DNA of 64,000 bases from Candidatus Thalassarchaeaceae archaeon. Lineage in GTDB: Archaea; Thermoplasmatota; Poseidoniia; Poseidoniales; Thalassarchaeaceae. Made by a program: the position numbers and the translations under genes. The notes under the pieces were generated by a model that had not been told where the DNA came from, did not search any database, and worked only from the letters and a program-made list of their open reading frames with translations. Below are positions 18,954 to 28,143 of this stretch, piece by piece (position 1 is the stretch's first letter; every line of letters starts with the position of its first letter). The stretch spans positions 8,625-72,624 of the forward strand of contig JASMLH010000005.1 in the NCBI GenBank assembly GCA_030748775.1, read 5' to 3'.

Positions 18954-20912
18954 TTACTCCTCCGACTCTCCAAGTTCACCAGTCTGTATTGACCATTGTG
19001 AGGCGTACACATTCTCGTTGTCAAGTAGCTCATGATGGGTACCGCGCTCAACAATTGCTCCGTCGACCATCGCAATTATCTCATCGGCATTCCTGATTGT
19101 AGCCAACCGATGGGCTACGGCAATGGTAATCCTTTGCTTGCCCCCATTCGAACCGCCGCCGAAAAGTGACTCTTGGATGCGTTTCTCGGTCTCGGCGTCC
19201 AGCGCAGCACTTGCCTCATCTAGGATCAATAGATCGGGGTCATTCAGTAATGCACGAGCGAGGCTGACCCTAGCTCTCTGGCCACCTGATAGCATCACCC
19301 CCCTATCTCCGACCATGGTACTCATGCCCCCAGACATTTGCGAGACGAATTCCCAGGCACCCGCTGCCTCTAGTGCATTTTGGACCTGCTCATCAGTGGC
19401 ATCGCGGGCATAGGCAACATTGTCTCTGACTGTCCCGAAGAAAAGGAATGGATCCTGAGAAACGAATCCAATTCTGGACCTGACCGACTCGATTTGGAAC
19501 TCATTGATATCTCGGCCATTGATCATCACCCTTCCACTCTGGGGCTCGTAGAATCTCTCAACAAGCTTGAGGACAGTACTCTTTCCAGCTCCGGTGTGAC
19601 CCATGACCCCTAGGAAATCACCTGAAGAAGCTGAGAAATCAATCTCGTTCAGAACATTGGCTCCTGAGGACGGGTATGCAAATGATACGCCATCGAAAGT
19701 TATCGATGAGATCGGGCCGTCCAAGGGAATTGCCCCCTCCTTGTCAAAAATCGAGGGTTCCAGGTCGATAATTGCGAAAACCCTCTTTGATGCGGCCTCG
19801 CCCCTCTGAAGCTGGTTGAGCAGCATTCCGAGGATGAACATGGGCATCGTCATTCTTGTGGAGATGAGTAGGAAAGTAACAAATTGGCCCACGGTTATTT
19901 CTCCTGACTCCATGACCCATCCACCTGCTGAAACAAGAAGACAGAATGAGATGCCGGCAACGACATAGATTCCGGGGATGAATCGATTTCGAACAAATGC
20001 GGCCTGAATTGCCTGGTTTCTATAATCACCACTTTGCCCCTCAATTCTGGAGCCCTCGAATCTGGTGGCATTGTATGCTTGGACTACTGTGATGCCAGAG
20101 AGAACGTTTTCCAGTATCGCAACAATCCCCCCTGTACTTTCTCTTTGTTTCCTGTATTTCCTCTGAACCCGAGTGGAGAACCAAACGACCATCGGAACGA
20201 TAAGAACAAGTGGTGCGAAAAGAATCAAAGCAAGTGTTGGAGACATCCAGAACATTATTGCAAATGCTGTGCCAAATGTAGTTGCAATCCTGATCATACT
20301 AGTACTTGCATCCGAAATTATGTCCTCTAGTTGCGCGACGTCAGCGGAAAGTACAGACATCAGATTTCCAGATTGGCGGCTCTCAAAATATGAGGCCTCC
20401 ATGGCCAATAATGAGTTTGTTGCGTCCATTCTGATGTCATGCTGTGCTTTGTAGGCTGTTGACTGCCAAAGTTGGTTACTCAGTCCTTGGAAAACAGCCA
20501 AAAATGAGAAGGAAAGCAGAATCAATAGTCCGAAGCCAAGCTCGATTGAATTTATTGGACCAAGGGATGGGATAAACTCAGATCTCACAAAACCCTCTAC
20601 TGTGGAATCTGTGAATGTCTTTGATTGGTAGTAATCAGCGGCCATTCCTATTGCGATGAATGGTATTAGATCGAATGCCCGGGCTCCCACATTAGCTAAT
20701 ACGCCACCTAGCGCTTGCTTCCAGTATCGGGTAATATAGGGAACTATTCGCCAAATCTTTTTCCCGACAACTTGCTTCTCGTCCGCAAGATCGGATTCGT
20801 CCTTGCTAATCGAGATGGGGCTAATTGCACCATTACTTCCCTTTGATGTCACGTTACATCGTACAGTAGTTGGCGTTTCAATGCTTACCCGAGAAATCAA
20901 TGGTTCTAGCAA
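18954..20912 (-). CDS. ABC exporter, fused permease/ATPase (MsbA/MdlB-like)
   Basis: Six-TM domain followed by Walker A GHTGAGKST, signature LSGGQRARVSLARAL and Walker B LLILDEASAALD. The listed ATG lies only 8 nt downstream of the tRNA-Gly 3' end, so the start is uncertain. Confidence 0.9.
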   Translation of the reverse strand: MLEPLISRVSIETPTTVRCNVTSKGSNGAISPISISKDESDLADEKQVVGKKIWRIVPYITRYWKQALGGVLANVGARAFDLIPFIAIGMAADYYQSKTFTDSTVEGFVRSEFIPSLGPINSIELGFGLLILLSFSFLAVFQGLSNQLWQSTAYKAQHDIRMDATNSLLAMEASYFESRQSGNLMSVLSADVAQLEDIISDASTSMIRIATTFGTAFAIMFWMSPTLALILFAPLVLIVPMVVWFSTRVQRKYRKQRESTGGIVAILENVLSGITVVQAYNATRFEGSRIEGQSGDYRNQAIQAAFVRNRFIPGIYVVAGISFCLLVSAGGWVMESGEITVGQFVTFLLISTRMTMPMFILGMLLNQLQRGEAASKRVFAIIDLEPSIFDKEGAIPLDGPISSITFDGVSFAYPSSGANVLNEIDFSASSGDFLGVMGHTGAGKSTVLKLVERFYEPQSGRVMINGRDINEFQIESVRSRIGFVSQDPFLFFGTVRDNVAYARDATDEQVQNALEAAGAWEFVSQMSGGMSTMVGDRGVMLSGGQRARVSLARALLNDPDLLILDEASAALDAETEKRIQESLFGGGSNGGKQRITIAVAHRLATIRNADEIIAMVDGAIVERGTHHELLDNENVYASQWSIQTGELGESEE

Positions 20913-20920
20913 TCAGATTG

Positions 20921-20995
20921 TGGTGCGCCCGCCGGGATTCGAACCCGGGACAAGAGGTTGGAAACCTCTTGTGATAACCCCTTCACTACAGGCGC
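20921..20995 (-). tRNA. tRNA-Gly (anticodon UCC), CCA encoded
   Basis: Hand-folded cloverleaf from the reverse complement: GCGCCTG-TA-GTGA-AGGGGTTA-TCAC-A-AGAGG-TTTCCAA-CCTCT-TGTC-CCGGG-TTCGAAT-CCCGG-CGGGCGC-A-CCA. Acceptor stem is 7 bp with one G-U; the D, anticodon and T stems are all fully paired; U33 is present; anticodon is TCC. Confidence 0.88.
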
Positions 20996-21020
20996 TTGAG
21001 CTGGGCGGGCTCATGACATC

Positions 21021-21027
21021 TCTAAAT
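21021..21027 (-). promoter_or_regulatory. Possible TATA box for tRNA-Gly
   Basis: The reverse strand reads ATTTAGA at about -26 to -32 from the mature tRNA 5' end, which is the expected archaeal TATA spacing. Confidence 0.35.
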
Positions 21028-21059
21028 CGATTCGGTATACTGAATGGTTTGAAAAGAGG

Positions 21060-21290
21060 GTGCCTAAACGGCTATTCATGATGGCAAGGCAAATTATTGG
21101 GATTCTTCTGGTAATGTTTTTTTTCCCGATAAATATACCCCTGTTTAGGATGTTTATGGAGTCACGAGGGATGGAGCCATTTGGCGAATTTCAGTTCCTA
21201 GGAATTTCTCTCACGATGTTCATTGCGGGGTGTCTGATGATTTTCACGCCTCCAGTATTGGAATTTCACTCAGAACCAAAGTCCCCATAG
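21060..21290 (+). CDS. Possible small membrane protein
   Basis: 76-aa ORF with two hydrophobic spans (IIGILLVMFFFPINIPLF and ISLTMFIAGCLMIFTPPVL). No homology recognised. Overlaps the 3' end of the convergent hydrolase gene by 25 nt. Confidence 0.3.
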   Translation: MPKRLFMMARQIIGILLVMFFFPINIPLFRMFMESRGMEPFGEFQFLGISLTMFIAGCLMIFTPPVLEFHSEPKSP

Positions 21291-22162
21291 AGTGATTTGG
21301 GCCATTCATGATGGATTTTGAGCATCAGTCCCTCCACTTTCTCCTCCGTCCAGGCGTCAGCAAGAAGACGGGAGCAGAGCTCCTGTGTTCTCTTTGGAAC
21401 GGTCTTAGGTCCGAGGACGGCACCTGGTCTTTTGGGATCGTCAAGAAAGTCAGTTTCCATTCCCCATGGAGCGTCAGAATCATTCAGGGAAGAAGCCAGT
21501 TGTTCGATACTTCCTTTGCCGACGCTGACTGTGGCAGGGAGATTACTGGTGAATTCGGAACTGACATTGGGAGGTGCGAAATGCCTGATTGCCCGGTCAA
21601 TGGGGAAGTTCGATTTATTGCACAGTTCGCTAAGCTCCCTACAGGTCGTCGGTCCATTTTCTTCTACATGGAGTTGGATCGTTACTCCTTCTGAAGAGGC
21701 CATCGACATTATCTCCAGCAGGTTATCATTGGCTGCTTCCCATGTAGATGCCTCCACAGGGTAATGGGGGCGTCCCACCTCTCCTAGGCAATGAGCCTCG
21801 CCGGAATCTATGTACTCCATAGCAAGACCAACTGCTGACAAGTGCAATTCTGTGGAGGCTTCCAATCCTATTTTCTCGATCTGTTTCTCCCAGGCAACAG
21901 GGTGTGGGCCCAAGGCTACTCCCACATCAATCCCAAAAGAGTCTCTAACTTCATTAGCCATGGAAATTGTATCCAAGTATGCCTCGTTGTACTCATCGTC
22001 ATTAACGGGAAGTGATTCAGAGAATGCCGGTTTGTGGACTAACAACATACCCGTACCTCCGCATTTCACGAAGTCGGAGACCGCCCCCAGGAACCTATGC
22101 CTCCTATCCAAGTGGATGTGCTGATCAATTATTGGCCCGGTCCAGACTCCGTCCTCAAACAT
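21266..22162 (-). CDS. TatD-family metal-dependent hydrolase
   Basis: IIDQHIHLD metal-binding start of the amidohydrolase/TatD fold, later LGEVGRPHYP and IQLHVEE. The start is set at the ATG at 22162 (MFEDG..); the track ORF extends to 22192 and would overlap the upstream gene. Confidence 0.7.
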   Translation of the reverse strand: MFEDGVWTGPIIDQHIHLDRRHRFLGAVSDFVKCGGTGMLLVHKPAFSESLPVNDDEYNEAYLDTISMANEVRDSFGIDVGVALGPHPVAWEKQIEKIGLEASTELHLSAVGLAMEYIDSGEAHCLGEVGRPHYPVEASTWEAANDNLLEIMSMASSEGVTIQLHVEENGPTTCRELSELCNKSNFPIDRAIRHFAPPNVSSEFTSNLPATVSVGKGSIEQLASSLNDSDAPWGMETDFLDDPKRPGAVLGPKTVPKRTQELCSRLLADAWTEEKVEGLMLKIHHEWPKSLYGDFGSE

Positions 22163-22166
22163 GATC

Positions 22167-22694
22167 TCACGCCAAGGCGCCTTCTTCTGCAAGTTGGGAT
22201 AACCAATAGTTGGCAGCCATCTGGGCTACCCTTCGAGATGAATGGCCCAGCACAATACCCCTACCATTGTTGAACATTAGAATGGTGCAATTGTGTCTCT
22301 TTGCATCTATTCGGAGTGCATCGAGTCTCAAGTCATGTTCTGCATCAGAGAACCTCTCAGCGGCCAATTCAATCATTACCGCCCTTCCAATGGAGAAGCT
22401 AGCGAGAACCTCGCCCTTGTCAACCAACATTCCTGCTTCTGTCATCCCCATCCTAAGCAATATTTCTTCTGCGATCAAAGTGGCTGCCTCTGAGTTAGAA
22501 ATCCCATGAATTAGCAATGTTCCCTCTGGTTCGATAACAATCACTGATCTTGGGTTTTCATGCTCAATAACCGCATAGGCCCCATTACTCCTAGCCCCGC
22601 ATAGGCTCACTGCATCCTGAAGAGAAACTGGACTCTGAGGAGTTACTCTGAATGACTGGGTTTCTACTGAAATGACCAAATCTCCGTCAGGCAT
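22167..22694 (-). CDS. Divergent TBP-like double-repeat protein
   Basis: 175 aa with two internal repeats of about 85 aa that align by eye to the two TBP repeats. Examples: GEVLASFSIGRAVMIELAAERFSDAEHD...RHNCTILMFNNGRGIVLGHSSRRVAQMAANYWLSQL versus the canonical NMV.S.D.G....L........EYEPEQFPG....P....L.FSSGK.V.SGAKS. Canonical signatures (EPEQFPG, SGKxVxTGAKS) are not conserved. Confidence 0.5.
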   Translation of the reverse strand: MPDGDLVISVETQSFRVTPQSPVSLQDAVSLCGARSNGAYAVIEHENPRSVIVIEPEGTLLIHGISNSEAATLIAEEILLRMGMTEAGMLVDKGEVLASFSIGRAVMIELAAERFSDAEHDLRLDALRIDAKRHNCTILMFNNGRGIVLGHSSRRVAQMAANYWLSQLAEEGALA

Positions 22695-23470
22695 TACTCT
22701 CTCCCCACCTTCTCCAGCGAATCGCAGGTACTTAGGCTACTCTCTAGGGAGTGCAGGTAAGCTTGCTGAACTGGAACAAGAAGAACCGGGGCGTCCGAGT
22801 TAGATTCCCTCAAATCTGAGAGCGCGCCCCTGAGCCTGGAGGAAATTCGGCTATCTCTTTCACGAATTAATGAAGAGGTTAGCCCGATTCTCTCTTCAGC
22901 CCACCATGCGGCACATACTGTAGCCGCTGCACCAAGGTCAGCATTGACGGAGTTATGCGAGGATACGCTTTTTATTGCTGATTTTCTTAATCTTGACCAC
23001 CGCTTTGTTCGACCCAATGTTGCTAGGAGATTTCTGAACTTAACCTGCTCGTCTGCCCAGCGAGATTGCCATTCTAGCCAATCTTGATCGTCAATTCCTG
23101 GCTCAATTGCATATATGGGAAGGCCACCGCGAGAATTCTCGGCATGACGGATTAGACGGATCCTCTCAGGATCTGGAATGGATGGTCCAGCGATTTCCAA
23201 GGCCCTGAGATCACGGACTAGCATCCCCAGTGTAGTCCCTGAAGCGGCAGCTGATTCCACATGGACCCCAGGGCTATTCTTGTCCTGCTCTTCTTCGTCT
23301 CTGATTGCCAAGAGTTCATCGGGTGATGCAATTAAAGCTAGGCCGTCCCAATTTCTGGGCCTTAGTGCAGAAGGCATCCTAACACATGGAAGATAGGGCC
23401 AGAGAAGGATCGTCCCCCCCATGGGGTCTTCAATGGACGAGGGTTCCCATCGTAATTCCGGGATGGACAC
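22694..23470 (-). CDS. Hypothetical protein
   Basis: 258-aa ORF whose stop overlaps the start of the TBP-like gene by 1 nt (ATGA-type coupling). No motif recognised. Confidence 0.6.
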   Translation of the reverse strand: MSIPELRWEPSSIEDPMGGTILLWPYLPCVRMPSALRPRNWDGLALIASPDELLAIRDEEEQDKNSPGVHVESAAASGTTLGMLVRDLRALEIAGPSIPDPERIRLIRHAENSRGGLPIYAIEPGIDDQDWLEWQSRWADEQVKFRNLLATLGRTKRWSRLRKSAIKSVSSHNSVNADLGAAATVCAAWWAEERIGLTSSLIRERDSRISSRLRGALSDLRESNSDAPVLLVPVQQAYLHSLESSLSTCDSLEKVGRE

Positions 23471-23550
23471 GTTCCCCCGAGACGTCTCCCTCGGTTCAAT
23501 ACGACGGTGAAATCACCCATCTGGTTCCCCAATTACTGTAGGATTCAAGG

Positions 23551-24030
23551 GTGATGAGTTTCCGAAGTGTTTCGATGGCAGCTGATGGGCCGTTCTCAAT
23601 TGAGCCCGTGGTGCTTCTGAATGAGGTATTCCCTGGGCACACAAACGCATTGAATACCCTGTTTGGTGGCAGGTTGATGTCAATCATGGATACAGCAGCT
23701 GGGATGTCTGCATCGAAGTTTGCGCATAGGGAGTTTGTGACAGTATCAGTGGACGCTTTGAAGTTCAGAAGGCCGGCTTTCCAAGGAGATGTTATTCGGA
23801 CCACGGCTAGAGTGGTTTGGACGTCCCCCCGGACAGCTGGTATTCATGTTACTTCATGCAGGCTTTCAAGATCAGAATGGGTTGGCGAAGAGATATGTTC
23901 GGGGTTCTTTTTCATGGTCGCAATAGACTCTTCTATGAAACCAGTAGAGATTCCACAGTTTGTCCCAAGTTCTGACGAAGAGAAAGAAATGTGGGCGAAA
24001 GCAGAAGCGGCTCGCGAAGCCATGAGATGA
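23551..24030 (+). CDS. Acyl-CoA thioesterase (hotdog fold, YciA/BFIT-like)
   Basis: FPGHTNALNTLFGGRLMSIMDTAAGMSASKF....VTVSVDALKFRRPAFQGDVI is the typical 4HBT/acyl-CoA hydrolase core. Confidence 0.8.
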   Translation: MMSFRSVSMAADGPFSIEPVVLLNEVFPGHTNALNTLFGGRLMSIMDTAAGMSASKFAHREFVTVSVDALKFRRPAFQGDVIRTTARVVWTSPRTAGIHVTSCRLSRSEWVGEEICSGFFFMVAIDSSMKPVEIPQFVPSSDEEKEMWAKAEAAREAMR

Positions 24031-24137
24031 GTGGGAAATAAGAATTCTGGAGAAAAAAATCTCGTATGGAAGAAGGCCCCTGAGTACAATGAATATCCCA
24101 TGGACTTATACCCTATGTTGGTCGCTCCGCGCTCGGG

Positions 24138-25787
24138 ATGTACTTAGCCGGGCCTAAGGGCCCGACGGAGAAGAGAAATGCTGAGCTTTTTGGTGAACTC
24201 TACTTAGTCGGGACAAGGGGGAAGTGTTGCGCCGTACTAACAGAGCGTCAGCTAACCATTGAGAGGTTCGATGGCAAGGGACTGAGGCTAGACTTGGCTG
24301 CAATAGATAGAATGAGACATCTGAAGGTTCCGATATTGCCTTCGGGGACCTATCTTCTTGGGGGGATCGCAATCTATCTGGGGATAACGACAATCATGTC
24401 TCCCCTGAGTTGGGTGTCGATTGGAGTTGGTTTTACTGCTATACTATCCAACTTCATTTCCAGGTACTCGATTCTTGCCATTGAGACTGGTTCGGGTGGA
24501 AGGCATCTAATCTCAGGGAGCGAAGGCAATCTACTGAAGCTTTGTCTTATGGTCGATAGAGTAAGGCACGGAAGTAACTTGGAGGAGGCTCGAATAGGAC
24601 TAGAGGAGCTGGAAACTGGACTACCAACATTCCCATCAATAAGAGATGCGAAGGGGATCCTGGCATTGCCTGATGAAAAAACCCAATCAAATATCGGGAA
24701 TCTTGGACTTCCGTCGGGAATGATGAACATAGGGTCATTTGAAGTAGATCCAATTAAGGAACCAGTTCCACTACAGTCATCGGTAGAGAATAGGCACGAA
24801 ATACTTCCAGATAGCACTAGCATTAGCGATTTCTCAGTTCCAGCTGTGACTCAGGAGCAAAGTTCGCTAAATGCGTACGAAAGAGCCTGGGGGGTGGATA
24901 GTACTCCGTCATGGTACAAAGAAAGGGAAATTGCACACGCTCCCGAGAACAGAATTGATTCGGCCCTCAGCGATGCATCTCAAGGAATGGACCTCTTTGC
25001 CCCAGGAGGAATTTTTGATGCTACTTCTCCAAGTGAGACAAGTGAGTTTGAGGAAGACGAAAATAGCGATTTTGGGGTGCTCGGAGGATTGTTTGACTCG
25101 ACAGAGCATAGGGAGAGGGAGCTGTCTAGTTCTCAAATGATTAAGCGGGCCCACAATTCCTTCGGTGCCCCTGAACAGCCATATGTTCGACCTATGCTCC
25201 CCCCTCCGACTGACGAAGCAGTAAGAGAGGAGTGCAGGGCAGGAGTTGTTAGACAGGCAAGAGCAAAGCAAGAGCTTCGCCTCAATAACATGGCCGAGTC
25301 GTCAATAAAACCCGCCAGTCTTGAAGAGTATCCGGCACTTAACAGACTAGCCAATTCAATGGGTTCCACCAGAATGTCTGTTAACAGGACAGATTCCAAT
25401 AAATCATCCTCGGGTTGGCTAGGAAGGCTTCTCAGGCCAAGCGGTGGCATGGTTACACGAAGCGAAAAGAAGGGTGCTTCAAAACAAAAATCCGAGGTCG
25501 TTTCAGAGGAAAGAGCGCGTTTCCAGAGTTCTCAGCACATGCGGCTCAGAAGCGACCAGGATCATCAGGCAGAGGTTGGTGTAAGAATACGGGGGATGAG
25601 GAACGCAGCTGATTTTTCTTCGGCTAAGGATTCACTGGATTCGATAGTATCTAGGATTCAAAGCGGAGAAGAGGAGGCCCCAAGGCTGATAGAGGTCCCC
25701 GGAAACTCACTAAGATTCAACCAACTAAGGCCCACTTCCTCCAAAGAAGACCCGCATCCACTACCCGGTCTTCGGAGACTAGGCTAG
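24138..25787 (+). CDS. Membrane-anchored hypothetical protein with long low-complexity tail
   Basis: 549 aa. The N-terminal roughly 150 aa have a PH-like segment interrupted by two TM helices (YLLGGIAIYLGITTIMSPLSWVSIGVGFTAIL). The remaining roughly 400 aa are Ser/Glu/Arg-rich with no recognisable domain. Confidence 0.6.
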   Translation: MYLAGPKGPTEKRNAELFGELYLVGTRGKCCAVLTERQLTIERFDGKGLRLDLAAIDRMRHLKVPILPSGTYLLGGIAIYLGITTIMSPLSWVSIGVGFTAILSNFISRYSILAIETGSGGRHLISGSEGNLLKLCLMVDRVRHGSNLEEARIGLEELETGLPTFPSIRDAKGILALPDEKTQSNIGNLGLPSGMMNIGSFEVDPIKEPVPLQSSVENRHEILPDSTSISDFSVPAVTQEQSSLNAYERAWGVDSTPSWYKEREIAHAPENRIDSALSDASQGMDLFAPGGIFDATSPSETSEFEEDENSDFGVLGGLFDSTEHRERELSSSQMIKRAHNSFGAPEQPYVRPMLPPPTDEAVREECRAGVVRQARAKQELRLNNMAESSIKPASLEEYPALNRLANSMGSTRMSVNRTDSNKSSSGWLGRLLRPSGGMVTRSEKKGASKQKSEVVSEERARFQSSQHMRLRSDQDHQAEVGVRIRGMRNAADFSSAKDSLDSIVSRIQSGEEEAPRLIEVPGNSLRFNQLRPTSSKEDPHPLPGLRRLG

Positions 25788-26753
25788 TTAGAGGCCGACC
25801 ATCCTACGATAGCGGTCCATCCTGCCATGGTATATCCCCCTCTCAAGTGTCTGCAGATTTTCCGAGCCTAGACCTCCTAGAGTAAAGGATGAAGTGACTA
25901 CCGCATGAACCATTGCTGAACGCATTCCCTCTAGGTCATTCAATATCCCTTTCCTGCCCGACATGTTCGCCAGAAGGGCACCAGCAAATGAGTCTCCACA
26001 TCCAGTGGGATCTACGATTTCATTTACTGGGAAGGCGGGCAGAACAATGATCCCACATGGAAGATTGGCAAGGACCCCCGAGGATCCACGCTTCACAATA
26101 AGTGCCCTTGGACCGCTACCTGCTTCCTTCCCACCATGGAGGCATGCACCAGACATGATCGGCTGGATTGCCTGGGTGAATACCTGCTCTCCGGATATCG
26201 CGCATACCTCCTCTTCGTTCAATATTGCAATATCTGCCTTCCGAAGGGCTAGGGAGAGTGCTTCGAATTCCTGCTCTATCCAAAGCATGAACGTGTCGAT
26301 TGCTGAAATCTCTACACTGGGACACTGGTCAAGAACAGCAACTTGGGAGGATGGGTGAGTATTGGCGCAGAAGAGAATGTTTGGATTAATCCATGGTTGG
26401 GGAATCTCGGGTTGAAATTCGGCGAGGACGTTTACTTCCGTGGATATTGTTTCTACGCTCTCCATGGTTCCTTCATATCTGCCAGACCAACGAAACGTCT
26501 TCCCATCTAGACGTTCGACCCCGGAGAGGTCAATCCCTAGACCCTCCAATATCGATTGGTGCGTGTTTGAGAAGTCAGCCCCCACTGGCCCTACTATGCC
26601 CACCCTAGGGGGCCCTCCTGGAACCCTGGGTAAGTGGAATGAAGAGGAAACTCCCGAATGGACGGCTGAGCCACCTAGTATGTCAGAGCCACTGGCCACA
26701 GGGGTCTCTATGTCATCGTAACCTATGCTCCCAACGATCACCATTTCTACCAA
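25788..26753 (-). CDS. PfkB-family carbohydrate/nucleoside kinase
   Basis: The N-terminus VIVGSIGYDDI..GGSA.. and the C-terminal DPTGCGDSFAGALLANM match the PfkB signatures. Confidence 0.85.
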   Translation of the reverse strand: MVEMVIVGSIGYDDIETPVASGSDILGGSAVHSGVSSSFHLPRVPGGPPRVGIVGPVGADFSNTHQSILEGLGIDLSGVERLDGKTFRWSGRYEGTMESVETISTEVNVLAEFQPEIPQPWINPNILFCANTHPSSQVAVLDQCPSVEISAIDTFMLWIEQEFEALSLALRKADIAILNEEEVCAISGEQVFTQAIQPIMSGACLHGGKEAGSGPRALIVKRGSSGVLANLPCGIIVLPAFPVNEIVDPTGCGDSFAGALLANMSGRKGILNDLEGMRSAMVHAVVTSSFTLGGLGSENLQTLERGIYHGRMDRYRRMVGL

Positions 26754-26754
26754 T

Positions 26755-28143
26755 CTAATTCCCTCCTGACAATAGCGTGGGATGACTGGTCAAGTAGTCT
26801 GTGGTAATCCTTCTTTCTCTGAAATCCTGCTCCTCCAATATGGCCCTGTGTAATGGAATCAAAGTGTCGACACCAAGTAAAATCGTCTCATCTAGAGCAG
26901 AATCTAGCTTTTCTATCGCCTCTTCTCTTGTTCCAGCCCACGCAATAATTTTCGCCAACAGTGAGTCAAATGATCCGGGCATGTCATATCCAGAATGTGC
27001 GTGAGAATCGACCCTTATTCCGGGCCCGCCAGGCCAATGGCATTCCCATAGCTTTCCAGGTGATGGTTCCAAGGTAATCGGGTTCTCGGCATTTATCCTT
27101 GCCTGGATTGCATGGCCCGACCATCGAATCTCGGACTGGGAAATAGGAATTGGCTCCCCTGCGGCAATTTGGATTCCAATCGAGACCAAATCTAAGCCGG
27201 TGATCATCTCCGTTACCGTATGTTCTACTTGGACGCGAGGGTTTACTTCCATGAAGTAGAATTCTCCGTTTACATTCCTCAGGAACTCAAAGGTAGCAAG
27301 GCCACTGTACCCTATTGCCTCAGCCCCAGCAACTACTCTTGACCCTAGTGCTTCTCTTTCGTCGTCACTTAGCCAAGGTCCTTCCTCGATTATCTTCTGG
27401 TGCCTTCTTTGGATAGAGCAGAATCTTTCCCCGAGGTGCACTGCCCTTCTTCCGTCTGCCACAACCTGGAACTCGATATGTTCTGCTCTGTCGATGAACT
27501 CCTCAATGAAAACCCTGTCATCGCCAAATGCGGATAGTGCTCTGCTTTGGCACATCCTCAATGCAGAATCGAAATCATCCTTGTCGTGGACCACCTGCAT
27601 CCCAATACCGCCTCCTCCGGATGCGGCCTTGATCATTAGTGGGAAGCCGATAGAATTAGCAATTTTTACTGCCTCCTCTGTACTGGTGATTGGTTCTTCG
27701 GTTCCTCTTGCTACGGGGATCCCGGCATTGGACATTGCCTTCCTCGCTGCAATTTTGTCCCCCAAGAGACGTAGTGATTCGGGAGACGGGCCAATGAAGG
27801 TTATTCCTTCTTCTGCTAGCCTCTGAGCAAAAGACGCGTTTTCCGACAAGAATCCATATCCCGGATGAACTGCATCCGCTCCAGTCTCTATTGCTGCTGA
27901 AACAATTGCTTCAATGTCCAAGTAGGACGCAAGTGGGTCATCCCTGGGAATGAAATATCCTTCATCGGCAAGCCTTACTGGAAGAGATAGGCGATCCTCT
28001 CTTCCGTGTATCACTACTGATGAGACTCCCAGAGAACTAAGAGAACGAACAATCCGAAGAGCAATCTCCCCTCGATTTGCGACCAAGACGCGGCGGAACA
28101 CATTGGCTCGCTGGGTACACTTTCGTATCAGTGAATCGGACAA
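26755..28143 (-). CDS. accC: Biotin carboxylase (AccC/PycA family)
   Basis: RVLVANRGEIALRIVRS, HPGYGFLSEN, MIKAASGGGGIGM, EEFIDRAEHIEFQV, CSIQRRHQKIIEE and FMEVNPRVQVEHTVTE. Confidence 0.93.
   Translation of the reverse strand: MSDSLIRKCTQRANVFRRVLVANRGEIALRIVRSLSSLGVSSVVIHGREDRLSLPVRLADEGYFIPRDDPLASYLDIEAIVSAAIETGADAVHPGYGFLSENASFAQRLAEEGITFIGPSPESLRLLGDKIAARKAMSNAGIPVARGTEEPITSTEEAVKIANSIGFPLMIKAASGGGGIGMQVVHDKDDFDSALRMCQSRALSAFGDDRVFIEEFIDRAEHIEFQVVADGRRAVHLGERFCSIQRRHQKIIEEGPWLSDDEREALGSRVVAGAEAIGYSGLATFEFLRNVNGEFYFMEVNPRVQVEHTVTEMITGLDLVSIGIQIAAGEPIPISQSEIRWSGHAIQARINAENPITLEPSPGKLWECHWPGGPGIRVDSHAHSGYDMPGSFDSLLAKIIAWAGTREEAIEKLDSALDETILLGVDTLIPLHRAILEEQDFRERRITTDYLTSHPTLLSGGN

Noticed and set aside
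20800-21300. Possible integrated element using tRNA-Gly as an attachment site
   Set aside because: I noticed no integrase, no direct repeat of the tRNA 3' half elsewhere in the window, and no compositional break in the flanking genes.
23471-23550. 10-nt palindrome GAGACGTCTC in the divergent spacer between the unknown 258-aa gene and the thioesterase
   Set aside because: It is short, occurs once, and is expected by chance at this scale. I did not see it repeated elsewhere.
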